The translations under genes were made by a program, and so were the position numbers. A DNA stretch of 63,246 nt, the filler included, from Octopus bimaculoides (taxonomy: Eukaryota): NCBI RefSeq assembly GCF_001194135.2. It is 4 parts of 4 records of this genome, joined end to end, with 100 filler letters (N's around TTAATTAATTAA, not from the genome) between each part and the next. Parts side by side here need not be neighbours in the genome. Positions count along the whole stretch, not along the records: positions 1 to 30,463 come from NC_069008.1; 3 more parts are not named here. The stretch is one strand, 5' to 3'. The notes under the pieces are model-generated. The model was not told where the DNA came from, searched no databases, and worked only from the letters and a program-made list of their open reading frames with translations. Positions 10,901-23,337 of this stretch are shown here, in pieces (position 1 is the stretch's first letter; each line of letters starts with the position of its first letter).

Positions 10901-11184
10901 CATTATTATTATTATTATTATTATTATCAAGGCGGTAAGCTGGCAGAATCCTTAGCATGCTGGGTAAAATGCTTGGTGGCATCTCATCTGTCTTTAAGCT
11001 CTGAGTTCAAGTCATGCTGAAGATGACTTTGCCTCTCACTTTTGTACATACATTTAGTATAATACATAGATGACTATTTTCATTTAATGTTGTTTAAATT
11101 CACAGAGAAAAAAGATAATTCAATATTAATTTTTATTTTTTTAAATTTTTTCAACCAATTAAAAACAAAAAATTTTTAAAACAG

Positions 11185-11323
11185 GCTGAACAACTGTGTC
11201 GGTGAGGACAACCACCACATCTTTCTCCTGACCATTATATACACCCTGTTCTTCTGCATCACTACGCTCATTTTGACTGTTCTACATTTCTACTATTATC
11301 CCAGATGTATAACCTGTGATAAG
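11185..11323 (+). CDS. ZDHHC21: ZDHHC21-like exon: NNCVGEDN and TM3
   Basis: acag|G...AAG|gtatgt; (W)LNNCVGEDNHHIFLLTIIYTLFFCITTLILTVLHFYYYPRCITCDK; 139 nt, phase 2/0. Confidence 0.92.
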
Positions 11324-11341
11324 GTATGTATAATTTTCATA

Positions 11342-11460
11342 TATGAGGGGGTGGATGCTGAAAATTTCCTGGCTTTAAGGGTATCCACGAAGGGCCTGGT
11401 TGCAGACCCAACCTTCTGAATTCTTTTACATTGCTTAGAAAAACTGAAGGACCGCTGCAA
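11342..11460. mobile_element. Probable mariner-derived MITE fragment
   Basis: Starts tatgagggggtggatgctgaaaatttcctggct, which resembles mariner TIRs. Confidence 0.4.
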
Positions 11461-11924
11461 AAAAGAAAAAACTGATAGAGCAGGGTTGGCTTCAGTATTC
11501 AGATTATTTTGTTAAATGTAATGTTTATTTATTCACATTATTTTGAATAATTAATCATGTATTGTCTTGTAGCTTTGAGATTTTGATGATGTGATTGTTT
11601 ATTTTTAGGGGAAATTTAAAAATAGTAATTTTCTAATTTATAAATCAATGACTAGTTGTCACTTTGAAAACTATATATTTCAAACAGGAATTTGGCAGCG
11701 CCATCTCTAGCCGAACAATTATTCTGTGCTGATGAAGGGAAATAACCCGGAAATCGCGATACACAGATATTGTTTTGAGCTGAGTGGGGGTGCTAGATTC
11801 CTTTGTTCGAAGATATAAGGACACAGATTGTGTAATATAGCCAGCTGGAGATGATGTCTCCTGGGGCTAAATTACAGCAACATTCGTCCTAAACCATGTT
11901 ATGTTGGCAAACAATCTTTATAAT

Positions 11925-12030
11925 AAACTTTATTCGTAAAATATTTTTCTGGGAACGAATCACGATTTATAATATTGCTACTATGGGAAATTATTGCTCT
12001 GCTTTACGAGTTTTCACTTTATGTGTGGTC
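11925..12030. mobile_element. Terminal fragment of the Tigger-like element
   Basis: tttttctgggaacgaatcacgatttataatattgctactatggg matches the reverse complement of 41035-41125. Confidence 0.7.
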
Positions 12031-12032
12031 TC

Positions 12033-12262
12033 ATCATCATCATCATCATCATCGTTTAACGTCTGCTTTCCATGCTAGCATGGGTTGGACGATTTGACTG
12101 AGGACTGGCAAGCCAGAAGGCTGCACCAGGCTCCAATCTGATCTGGCAGAGTTTCTACAGCTGGATGCCCTTCCTAACGCCAACCACTCCGAAAGTGTAG
12201 TGGGTGCTTTTACGTGCCACCGGCACGAGGGCCAGTCACATAGTATTGGCAACGGCCACGCG
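12033..12262 (-). mobile_element. RTE 3' UTR (family E)
   Basis: Near-identical to the reverse complement of 26940-27100. Confidence 0.85.
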
Positions 12263-12293
12263 GGTGAAAATTAATTAATTTATGAAGGCATTA

Positions 12294-12328
<35 letters not shown>

Positions 12329-12382
12329 TAATAAATCTTTATTTCGTATTCATCATAATGTTGTTAATTTATCTCTTCACAG

Positions 12383-12499
12383 CAAACCTTTTACATAAAA
12401 CATGGTATTTGGTTTATATACGCCCTAAACATCATCTTGATCTACGGCCTGTTTCAATCCCTCATCATGTTCGTCGTACAACATCTAAACATAATTATG
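12383..12499 (+). CDS. ZDHHC21: ZDHHC21-like exon: TM4
   Basis: tcttcacag|C...ATG|gtgagt; QTFYIKHGIWFIYALNIILIYGLFQSLIMFVVQHLNIIM; 117 nt, phase 0/0. Confidence 0.88.
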
Positions 12500-12655
12500 G
12501 TGAGTAGATAACCTTTTTTTCTATCATATGACTTGGGTTTGTCTTTTATCGATAGTTAAATGGTCAAGCAATGGGTGGGTCACTTTTTGCTCAAGGGTGA
12601 CGTGGTGATATGTTTCTTCTCGTTAGATGTTAGGTAAGCATTGTCATCATTTTGT

Positions 12656-12958
12656 GAAGGTGCACGGCTTAGTGGTTAGGGTATTCGACTCATGATTATG
12701 AGGTCATGAGTTCAATTCCTGGCTGTGCATTACTCCTTGAGCAAGACACTTTATTTCACATTGCTCCAGTCCACGCAGTTAGCAAAAATGAGTTGTACCT
12801 GTAATACATCAGGGCTAGCCTTGTCACATTCAGCGCATCATCCTGAATCTCCCTGAGAAGGGTATACATGTCTGTGGAGTACTCAACCCCTTGTATACTA
12901 ATTTCTGTTGATCAGATTAATTGGAACCCTCGTTGTCATAATTGACAGATTGCCAGTC
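12656..12958 (+). mobile_element. SINE, head C + tail X
   Basis: tRNA-like A/B boxes (ggcttagtggttag, gagttcaattcc), CORE-like ccttgagcaagacacttt, tail shared with 1-214. Confidence 0.8.
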
Positions 12959-12981
12959 TGTGTGTATACATAAATATTTGA

Positions 12982-13305
12982 GAAGGTGCCTGGCTGAGTG
13001 GTCAGGAAGTTCAGTTTATGATTATAAAACTGTGAGTTCAATTCCCGGCGATGCATTGCGTCCTTGAGCAAGACACTTTATTTCACATTGCTGCAGTCCA
13101 CTCAGCTGGCAAAAATGAGTAGTACCTGTAATTCAAAGGGGCCAGCATTGTCACACTCTGTGTCACGCTGAATATCCCCGAGAACTACATTAAGGGTACA
13201 CGTGTTTGTGGAGTACTCAGCCACTTGCATGTTAATATCAGGAGCAGGCTATTCCATTGATCAGATCAGCCGGAACCCTTGTCGTTGTAACCAATGGAAC
13301 GCCAA
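12982..13305 (+). mobile_element. SINE, head C + tail X
   Basis: Same structure as 12656-12958. Confidence 0.85.
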
Positions 13306-13496
13306 TCTCATCATCACTTTATCTTTTGACTTTCTCTGTCAGCATAGCTTGAAACGTATCGACAGGGGCCTAATGAGTATCGAGGACAGCACCATATTTT
13401 TCCTTTGACATCTCGCTCTCTCTCTGGTTTTTGGTTCGGTTCCATTCTCCAGCTGGCTCCCCCAACCTTTTCTAACATCATACAGGAAGAAGTTGT

Positions 13497-13887
13497 GTCG
13501 TTGTTGTTGGCACTCCGTCGCTTACAACGTCGAGGGTGCCAGTTGATCCGATCAACGGAACAGCCTGCTCGTGAAATTAACGTGTAAGTGGCTGAGCACT
13601 CCACAGACACGTGTACCCTTAACGTAGTTCTCGGGGGATATTCAGCGTGACACAGAGTGTGACAAGGCTGACCCTTTGAATTACAGGCACAACAGAAACA
13701 GGAAGAAAGAGTGAGAGAAGGTTGTGGTGGAAGAGTACAGCAGGGTTCGCCACCATCCCCTGCCGGAGCCTCGTGGAGCTTTAAGTGTTTTCGCTCAATA
13801 AACACTCACAACACCCGGTCTGGGAATCGAAACCGCGATCCTATGACTGCGAGTCCGCTGCCCTAACCACTGGGCCATTGCACCTCC
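13497..13887 (-). mobile_element. Full-length SINE, head D + tail X
   Basis: ggaggtgcaatggcccagtggttagggcagcggactc... through to a (caa)n tail. Confidence 0.9.
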
Positions 13888-14016
13888 ACAGGGAGAAGTA
13901 TATCACCATAAACACCCATAAATGAAGAGTGTCCCCATCCCCTGACATAGAATCCCCACATGACTGGTTAAATTTAGTGCATGCTTATAATGCTTTTGGT
14001 CTTATTGTTTTTCCAG

Positions 14017-14060
14017 AACCGAACAACTGTGGAGAACGTATTATTAACACCTGTTGTTGA
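14017..14060 (+). CDS. ZDHHC21: ZDHHC21-like exon: TTxE motif
   Basis: tttttccag|AAC...TTGA|gtgagt; NRTTVENVLLTPVV(D/E); 44 nt, phase 0/2. Confidence 0.88.
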
Positions 14061-15256
14061 GTGAGTACATGTTTATATTTTATCTTATCTGTTTCTTATG
14101 ATAACCCTGTAGGCACAGGTGTGGTTGAGATGCTTGTTTCCCAATCGTGTGATTTTGGGTGTAGGGAAAAACTGAGCCCATATCATTCACATTATTGTTA
14201 CCCTTTTGATGCAAATTGAACAAAAGAAGTGTATTGTTTGTTTATATATAACATGCAGTTATATAATCAAATACTCTTACATACAGAATGAAAGTGAAGC
14301 AGAGTAAGCCAATATAATATATTTAATAGCAATGTAATTTTAACATTTCTTATGTTGAAAAGAAAAATTTTAATAAAAATGTAAATTTACCGTTACTAAA
14401 CCAATAAGCATACCTACAAAATTGTTTCCCTCCCTCTCGAATTTGTTTTCTCATAACTTCTAGAAAAACGGATATTTTCTAATGAAATTTTCTACACAAA
14501 TGCTTCAGATGGTGTAGGTTCCAATTATATCAGAATTTATTGCACAAATTATTTTCTGGGGGGTTGACTTTGTTTCCTCATGACATTTCAGGTTTGTATA
14601 ATATATAATAGCTTTAACTGAGGAAGGTTTATGTAATGAACACATTTCCTGTTATATATTATGCAAACCTGAAACATGCGTACTAAATGATTTGAATACC
14701 TCACAATTTGGTTTCACTTTGTTCTTAAAAGTAATGTGACTTGATGCCAGTACAACCCTACCCAGTCTTGTAACATTAGCAGTTCAGCAAAAGAGATCAA
14801 TACGATAAGTACTAAGCTTTCAAAGAATAAGCCCTGGGGTTGATTTGTTTGACTAAAGGCGGTGCTCCAGCATGGCCGCAGTCAGATGGCTAAACAAATA
14901 AAAGAATAAAAGAATCTGTGTGTGTATGTGTATATGTGTAAATGTATGTAAACTCATACGTGTGTGTTTTTACACACACACATGTAATTTATACACATAT
15001 ATACACACCCACACATATATACACACATACACACACCCATATATACAAGCATGTATTGTGTTTTCATCTGTCTACTGGTTCTGTGTGGCAGGCAGAAAGG
15101 GTTGAATCAGAGCTACTCAACTGTGTCCTTCCGTTTCAGTGAAATGAACTCAGGCAGAACACAGCTTCACTCTTCCTGCTCCCTTGTTCCCTATATTGTT
15201 TTTTTTTTACCGTCCACCTCCACCCCACCGTCCCTGTGAGTCCCTGTGTCTGTCTG

Positions 15257-15287
<31 letters not shown>

Positions 15288-16187
15288 NNNNNNNNNNNNN
15301 NNNNNNNNNNNNNNNNNNNNNNNNNNNNNNNNNNNNNNNNNNNNNNNNNNNNNNNNNNNNNNNNNNNNNNNNNNNNNNNNNNNNNNNNNNNNNNNNNNNN
15401 NNNNNNNNNNNNNNNNNNNNNNNNNNNNNNNNNNNNNNNNNNNNNNNNNNNNNNNNNNNNNNNNNNNNNNNNNNNNNNNNNNNNNNNNNNNNNNNNNNNN
15501 NNNNNNNNNNNNNNNNNNNNNNNNNNNNNNNNNNNNNNNNNNNNNNNNNNNNNNNNNNNNNNNNNNNNNNNNNNNNNNNNNNNNNNNNNNNNNNNNNNNN
15601 NNNNNNNNNNNNNNNNNNNNNNNNNNNNNNNNNNNNNNNNNNNNNNNNNNNNNNNNNNNNNNNNNNNNNNNNNNNNNNNNNNNNNNNNNNNNNNNNNNNN
15701 NNNNNNNNNNNNNNNNNNNNNNNNNNNNNNNNNNNNNNNNNNNNNNNNNNNNNNNNNNNNNNNNNNNNNNNNNNNNNNNNNNNNNNNNNNNNNNNNNNNN
15801 NNNNNNNNNNNNNNNNNNNNNNNNNNNNNNNNNNNNNNNNNNNNNNNNNNNNNNNNNNNNNNNNNNNNNNNNNNNNNNNNNNNNNNNNNNNNNNNNNNNN
15901 NNNNNNNNNNNNNNNNNNNNNNNNNNNNNNNNNNNNNNNNNNNNNNNNNNNNNNNNNNNNNNNNNNNNNNNNNNNNNNNNNNNNNNNNNNNNNNNNNNNN
16001 NNNNNNNNNNNNNNNNNNNNNNNNNNNNNNNNNNNNNNNNNNNNNNNNNNNNNNNNNNNNNNNNNNNNNNNNNNNNNNNNNNNNNNNNNNNNNNNNNNNN
16101 NNNNNNNNNNNNNNNNNNNNNNNNNNNNNNNNNNNNNNNNNNNNNNNNNNNNNNNNNNNNNNAATAGCTATTCCGCAGCAAAGTAGA

Positions 16188-16224
<37 letters not shown>

Positions 16225-16244
<20 letters not shown>

Positions 16245-16376
16245 CTTTTCTACTCTAGGCACAAGGCCCAAAATTTTTGGAGAGGGGGGGGGTCACTTGA
16301 TTAGATTGATCCCAGTATGCAACTAGTACTTAATTTATTGACCCCGAAAGAATGAAAGGCAAAGTTGACCTCAGTT
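16225..16376 (-). mobile_element. SINE family A, 3' part with (TAA)n tail
   Basis: cttttctactctaggcacaaggcccaaaatttt...gaatgaaaggcaaagttgacctc. Confidence 0.8.
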
Positions 16377-16380
16377 AACC

Positions 16381-16870
16381 TTCATGATGGACTCAGCTGA
16401 TAGCGGGACCCATCCTGCATGTGACAGCAGGTGTTCGACATAAACACGCAAATCAGCAATACTCGAGCACTGGACAAGGGCATGCAGCGCAGTTTCGTTG
16501 TTTTAGGTGCACTTCGGGCAAGCATAGTGGACAGTACTTCCATCATTTGTAGAGTTCATCCTGGACCGGCTATGCTCCCCAGTAACACTGCTAGGCAGGG
16601 ATTTCTGGAAGTTATCCATGGGCCCCAGCCTGAGAGTCCTCCAGAACAGACCAACCAGCACAATCTTATCGATGCCCAGTCTCCCCAACAATGTCGTCAT
16701 GCTAACCCTTGACTGAAAAGCTTAATTGGAGATTCCACCAACTGCATTGCCCGACTGGCGGAAGAGAGTGAGCACCTAGCATCACTCGAGGTGCCGGGTA
16801 CCCTGCCTTGGGTCTATGCTTGATCCAAGACTGCAGCTCAAACAAAGAGACGAGCTGTGAGAAATCACGT
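16381..16870 (-). mobile_element. Decayed L1/Tx1-clade LINE, C-terminal zinc-knuckle region
   Basis: Minus strand reads CPKCT*NNETALHALVQCSSIADLRVYVEHLL (a CCHC knuckle with an in-frame stop). Confidence 0.7.
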
Positions 16871-16879
16871 CTGACAAAT

Positions 16880-17575
16880 GGTAACCACCATCACCACCAC
16901 CACAACCTCCATCACCAACAACACCATCATCACCACCACCACCATTATCATAGCCACCATCACTACCACCATCACCACCACCGCCACTACCAAAACCACC
17001 ATCATCACCATCACCACAATCCCCACCACTACCACCACCTTTNNNNNNNNNNNNNNNNNNNNNNNNNNNNNNNNNNNNNNNNNNNNNNNNNNNNNNNNNN
17101 NNNNNNNNNNNNNNNNNNNNNNNNNNNNNNNNNNNNNNNNNNNNNNNNNNNNNNNNNNNNNNNNNNNNNNNNNNNNNNNNNNNNNNNNNNNNNNNNNNNN
17201 NNNNNNNNNNNNNNNNNNNNNNNNNNNNNNNNNNNNNNNNNNNNNNNNNNNNNNNNNNNNNNNNNNNNNNNNNNNNNNNNNNNNNNNNNNNNNNNNNNNN
17301 NNNNNNNNNNNNNNNNNNNNNNNNNNNNNNNNNNNNNNNNNNNNNNNNNNNNNNNNNNNNNNNNNNNNNNNNNNNNNNNNNNNNNNNNNNNNNNNNNNNN
17401 NNNNNNNNNNNNNNNNNNNNNNNNNNNNNNNNNNNNNNNNNNNNNNNNNNNNNNNNNNNNNNNCCAACAACACCATCATCACCACCACCACCATTATCAT
17501 AGCCACCATCACTACCACCATCGCCACCACCACCACTACCAAAATCGCCACCACCACCACCACCTTTCTGCCACT
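16880..17575. repeat. (CAC/CAT)n trinucleotide tract spanning an N gap
   Basis: Seen directly; source of the spurious poly-His/Thr/Val ORFs. Confidence 0.9.
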
Positions 17576-17839
17576 ACTTCTACCATCACTACCACCAGAA
17601 GCTGGCCACCCTCCCGAAAAATCCCCTGTTTCTTATCACCGCCCACAAGGACGGCATCACCTCTCCACCACAACCCCCACTTTCCCCACCATTTACTGCT
17701 CCCAACAACCCACTTCACCATACCCCGCCCCGACATCTCTCTCCCTACGTACTACATGGTCCCTAATGGGAAATTGCTGAACTGTGGAAATGTTTAGGAT
17801 GTGGGGCGTGGGTGTAGCTGGACAGGAGGATCAAGATCT

Positions 17840-17865
17840 CTATGCATGTGTGTGTGTGTGTGTGC

Positions 17866-17913
<48 letters not shown>

Positions 17914-18188
17914 ATATATATATGTATGTGTGTGTATATATATGTGTGTGTATATTAATAAATAAATATATATATATATATATGAATATATTTATATACA
18001 TATATATATATATGTGTATATATATATATATATATACATACACACACACACACATACACATATATATGTGTGTGTGTGTGTATGTGTTTAGAAATGCATA
18101 TGTATATATGGATGTGAGTATAAATATGCATACATACATTTATATATATATGTGTGTGTGTGTACATATATATATATATATATGTATG

Positions 18189-18227
<39 letters not shown>

Positions 18228-18284
18228 ATATATATATATATGTATGTATATATATATGTATGTATGTATATATATATATATATA

Positions 18285-18320
<36 letters not shown>

Positions 18321-18660
18321 CCAACACACAAGAAGTGTGTGTATGCATATTTTAATTTTGATGCTTGTAAATATGAACACACACACACACACACATACAT
18401 AAATATGTACACACATCAACAAGTGTATAAATCTAGAGTAACAAACTGTATCAATTTATATTATGTTTAATAACAGTAGTATGTTGAATGTTCAATAGGC
18501 ATACATTTTTTTCTATGTATATATATTATGTATGTGTATAGAATTGTGTATATGCATGTATATGTGTGTATGTATGTATGTATGTATGTGGGGGTGTATG
18601 TATGTATATATTTATGTATGTAGTTATAAATATGTTATGTAAGTATGTATGTCTGTGTGT
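17840..18660. repeat. (TG)n/(TA)n/(TATG)n compound microsatellites
   Basis: Seen directly. Confidence 0.95.
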
Positions 18661-18689
18661 ATACATGTGTGTGGGTATGTAAGTATATT

Positions 18690-18897
18690 CTTTTAGTCTT
18701 TTATTTACTCTGCGGCCATGCTGGAGCACTGCCTTTAGTCAAGCAAATCGACCCCCAGGACTTTGTAAGCCTAGTACTTATTCTATCGGTTTCTTTTTGC
18801 CGAACCGCTTGGTTACAGGGGCATAAACACACCAGCATTGGTTGTCAAGTGACGGTGGAGTGACAATACAGACACACAAACATATGCATACATACAT

Positions 18898-18928
<31 letters not shown>

Positions 18929-19090
18929 CGATGAGCTTCTTTCAGTTTCCATCTACCTAATCCACTCACAATGCTTTGGTCAGGCCGAGGCTATAGTAGA
19001 AGACACTTGCCCAAGGTGCCATGTGGTGGGACTGAACCCGGAATCATGTGGTTGGTAAGGAAGCCACTTACCACAGCTACTCCTGCACCT
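18690..19090 (-). mobile_element. Family-B SINE, nearly full length
   Basis: Colinear with 35882-36290. Confidence 0.85.
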
Positions 19091-19877
19091 ATTTGTATGT
19101 ATGTATGCGTGCATGTATGTATGTATGCACACACACACACACACACACACANNNNNNNNNNNNNNNNNNNNNNNNNNNNNNNNNNNNNNNNNNNNNNNNN
19201 NNNNNNNNNNNNNNNNNNNNNNNNNNNNNNNNNNNNNNNNNNNNNNNNNNNNNNNNNNNNNNNNNNNNNNNNNNNNNNNNNNNNNNNNNNNNNNNNNNNN
19301 NNNNNNNNNNNNNNNNNNNNNNNNNNNNNNNNNNNNNNNNNNNNNNNNNNNNNNNNNNNNNNNNNNNNNNNNNNNNNNNNNNNNNNNNNNNNNNNNNNNN
19401 NNNNNNNNNNNNNNNNNNNNNNNNNNNNNNNNNNNNNNNNNNNNNNNNNNNNNNNNNNNNNNNNNNNNNNNNNNNNNNNNNNNNNNNNNNNNNNNNNNNN
19501 NNNNNNNNNNNNNNNNNNNNNNNNNNNNNNNNNNNNNNNNNNNNNNNNNNNNNNNNNNNNNNNNNNNNNNNNNNNNNNNNNNNNNNNNNNNNNNNNNNNN
19601 NNNNNNNNNNNNNNNNNNNNNNNNNNNNNNNNNNNNNNNNNNNNNNNNNNNNNNNNNNNNNNNNNNNNNNNNNNNNNNNNNNNNNNNNNNNNNNNNNNNN
19701 NNNNNNNNNNNNNNNNNNNNNNNNNNNNNNNNNNNNNNNNNNNNNNNNNNNNNNNNNNNNNNNNNNNNNNNNNNNNNNNNNNNNNNNNNNNNNNNNNNNN
19801 NNNNNNNNNNNNNNNNNNNNNNNNNNNNNNNNNNNNNNNNNNNNNNNNNNNNNNNNNNNNNNNNNNNNNNNNNNNNN

Positions 19878-19920
<43 letters not shown>

Positions 19921-20685
19921 ATTTGTATATATCTATTTGTGTGTGCTTGTGTAAGTACATAGCTATATGAACCTATGTATGTGTGAACACTTATGTATAT
20001 GTATGCATATATAATATATACACAAACATATACACATCATGTACACATATTATATCTATATACACATAAAGTAAAGAGTGTGTGTGTGCATTATATATAT
20101 ATATATATAATACCCACACACTTCTATATACATATATGTGTATATATGTGTGTGTGTGCGCATTATATATATATATATATATAATACACACACACTTATA
20201 CATATATATATATATCAAACATCAAAAATCTTGCAAAACAAATATATATATATATATATGTATGTATGTATATATGTATTATACAAATACTTATATGTGT
20301 GTGTAGAGATGGAAGTGTTGACATAAGCACACACATAAACATGCACACAGACCATACAACACACATACACACGGATACAAACCCACAGATGTGTGTGTGT
20401 GTGTATGCAAATGCCAGCAACACCAATTCTTGATGTCCACAAGACCATATAAAGTCTACATCTTCTCGGCTGATTGGTCAAAAAGGTTTCTCTTCCTCTT
20501 CATCTTTCCTCACTACCTCACAAACCCCTCTTTCTAATCACTGTTTAAGTTAGGCTCCCTGCTTATGCACATACATACGTACCTACATACACAAGCACAG
20601 ACACACATACTCACACACACATATATATACACTCACATATGTATATGCACACAAATATATATATATATACACGTATATATTTATG

Positions 20686-20774
<89 letters not shown>

Positions 20775-20877
20775 ATGCGTGTGTGTTGAATGAAAAACAA
20801 GAAAGACTTCAAAATACAGGCATGTAGACAAGGTAAAACAGTGTGTAGACATTTACACACACACACACATATTTGTG

Positions 20878-20959
<82 letters not shown>

Positions 20960-20970
20960 TATATATAAGG
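19878..20970. repeat. (TA)n/(CA)n compound microsatellite field
   Basis: Seen directly. Confidence 0.9.
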
Positions 20971-21613
20971 GAGCTATAATGAAAGCTGAAATTTAAACAA
21001 AAAAAACATAAGAAAAAGAATTAATATTTCATCAGAAAGTGAAAGTAGAGGAGGGGAGGAGAGTGGAAGGCAGAGGGCAAATGTATGTGAGGAGAGTACA
21101 AGAGGAAGGGAGGGTAAAAGAAGAGGCAGGGTTGAGGGCAAGCAGAGGGTGGGGGAGAGTAAAGGACAACAAAGGAGGTTGTGTATGTGCAGAAGGAAGT
21201 ATGTTTACAAAACAGTGAACAACAACAACAACAACAGTAATAATAATAATAATAATTATAATTATAATAATAATAATGATAATAATAACAACAATAATTA
21301 TGATATTTTTCAGTGAAGGTGATGTGTATGTGTGTGTGTGTGTGTATATGAGCATATCTCAGTTGTGTGGTTGGTTGGTGGTGGTGGTCATGGATATGAT
21401 TGGATGTTGAACGTTGTAAAGATGGGATCAATAAACAGTGCTAAAACCCGTATTGTGTCGAGAAACAAATATAAATGAATAAATATGGAAATAAATAATG
21501 GGTGTATACGAATTGTTATATACACTTTGTCAAGGTATGTAGAGAGCAAATATTACTGCAGGTGTTAGGGAGGGGCAGGTGGGTATTTGTTGCTATATAT
21601 TATTTTATATACG

Positions 21614-21652
<39 letters not shown>

Positions 21653-21662
21653 NNNNNNNNNN

Positions 21663-21709
<47 letters not shown>

Positions 21710-21795
21710 AATTTTTCTTTTTAACAAGGATATGTACAAGTGTATGTATGTATGTATGTATATATAAGTATGCGTGTACCTATGTGTATATATAT

Positions 21796-22020
21796 TGCTT
21801 GAGAAGACCCAGCAAGCCAAGTGAGACTGTAATCATGGCCTATGCCAGTGCAGCATAACCGGACCTTTTATGAGTCCCCTTCAATCATTGAACAATAAAC
21901 TGTGCTTGCGAAGACCTGTTGAGTCCAGTGAAGTCATTGTTGTGGCCAATGACAGTACTGCCTGATTGGCACCCGTGCCGGTGGCACATAGGGAGCACCA
22001 TTTGAGCGTGGTCGATGCCA
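21796..22020 (+). mobile_element. RTE LINE ORF end (LEKTQQAK*) + start of the 3' UTR
   Basis: cttgagaagacccagcaagccaagtga, followed by the gtgccggtggcac unit shared with family E. Confidence 0.6.
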
Positions 22021-22298
22021 CTACTACCACCACCACTACTACCACCACCACTACCACAACCACCACTGCCACAACCATTACTGCTACTACTATTACTACT
22101 ACCACGACCACTACCACCACCACCACCACCACCATTACTACTACTACTACTACTACCACCATCACCACCATTACTACTACTACTATCATCACCACTGCCA
22201 CCACCACCGCCATTACTGCTACTACTATTACTACTACCACGACCACTACCACCACCACCACCACCACCATTACTACTACTACTACTACTACCACCATC
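22020..22298. repeat. (ACT/ACC)n tract
   Basis: Seen directly. Confidence 0.95.
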
Positions 22299-22984
22299 NN
22301 NNNNNNNNNNNNNNNNNNNNNNNNNNNNNNNNNNNNNNNNNNNNNNNNNNNNNNNNNNNNNNNNNNNNNNNNNNNNNNNNNNNNNNNNNNNNNNNNNNNN
22401 NNNNNNNNNNNNNNNNNNNNNNNNNNNNNNNNNNNNNNNNNNNNNNNNNNNNNNNNNNNNNNNNNNNNNNNNNNNNNNNNNNNNNNNNNNNNNNNNNNNN
22501 NNNNNNNNNNNNNNNNNNNNNNNNNNNNNNNNNNNNNNNNNNNNNNNNNNNNNNNNNNNNNNNNNNNNNNNNNNNNNNNNNNNNNNNNNNNNNNNNNNNN
22601 NNNNNNNNNNNNNNNNNNNNNNNNNNNNNNNNNNNNNNNNNNNNNNNNNNNNNNNNNNNNNNNNNNNNNNNNNNNNNNNNNNNNNNNNNNNNNNNNNNNN
22701 NNNNNNNNNNNNNNNNNNNNNNNNNNNNNNNNNNNNNNNNNNNNNNNNNNNNNNNNNNNNNNNNNNNNNNNNNNNNNNNNNNNNNNNNNNNNNNNNNNNN
22801 NNNNNNNNNNNNNNNNNNNNNNNNNNNNNNNNNNNNNNNNNNNNNNNNNNNNNNNNNNNNNNNNNNNNNNNNNNNNNNNNNNNNNNNNNNNNNNNNNNNN
22901 NNNNNNNNNNNNNNNNTCATTCTTTTCCATCTTAAGCTTATGTCGTCTCTTCGTTTTCCTTTCTCTCCCTCTCACTCTCATGTA

Positions 22985-23046
<62 letters not shown>

Positions 23047-23278
23047 AATATACACACATACATACGCATACATACATACATATATATAAATACATGCATA
23101 CCCTCTAATTAAATTGTATATATGTACACATATATATATATATACACATACGTAGTTACATGCACACACATATAATCATACATATATGTATATATATAGA
23201 TTGATAAATAAGTAGATAAGTGTATATATGCATGAGCATGTACTTATGTATATGTGTATGTATATATGTGTATGCATG

Positions 23279-23337
<59 letters not shown>

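Noticed and set aside
15082-15239. Candidate terminal ZDHHC exon after 14060
   Set aside because: The phase-2 frame lacks the expected W..F.EVFG..W.P features.
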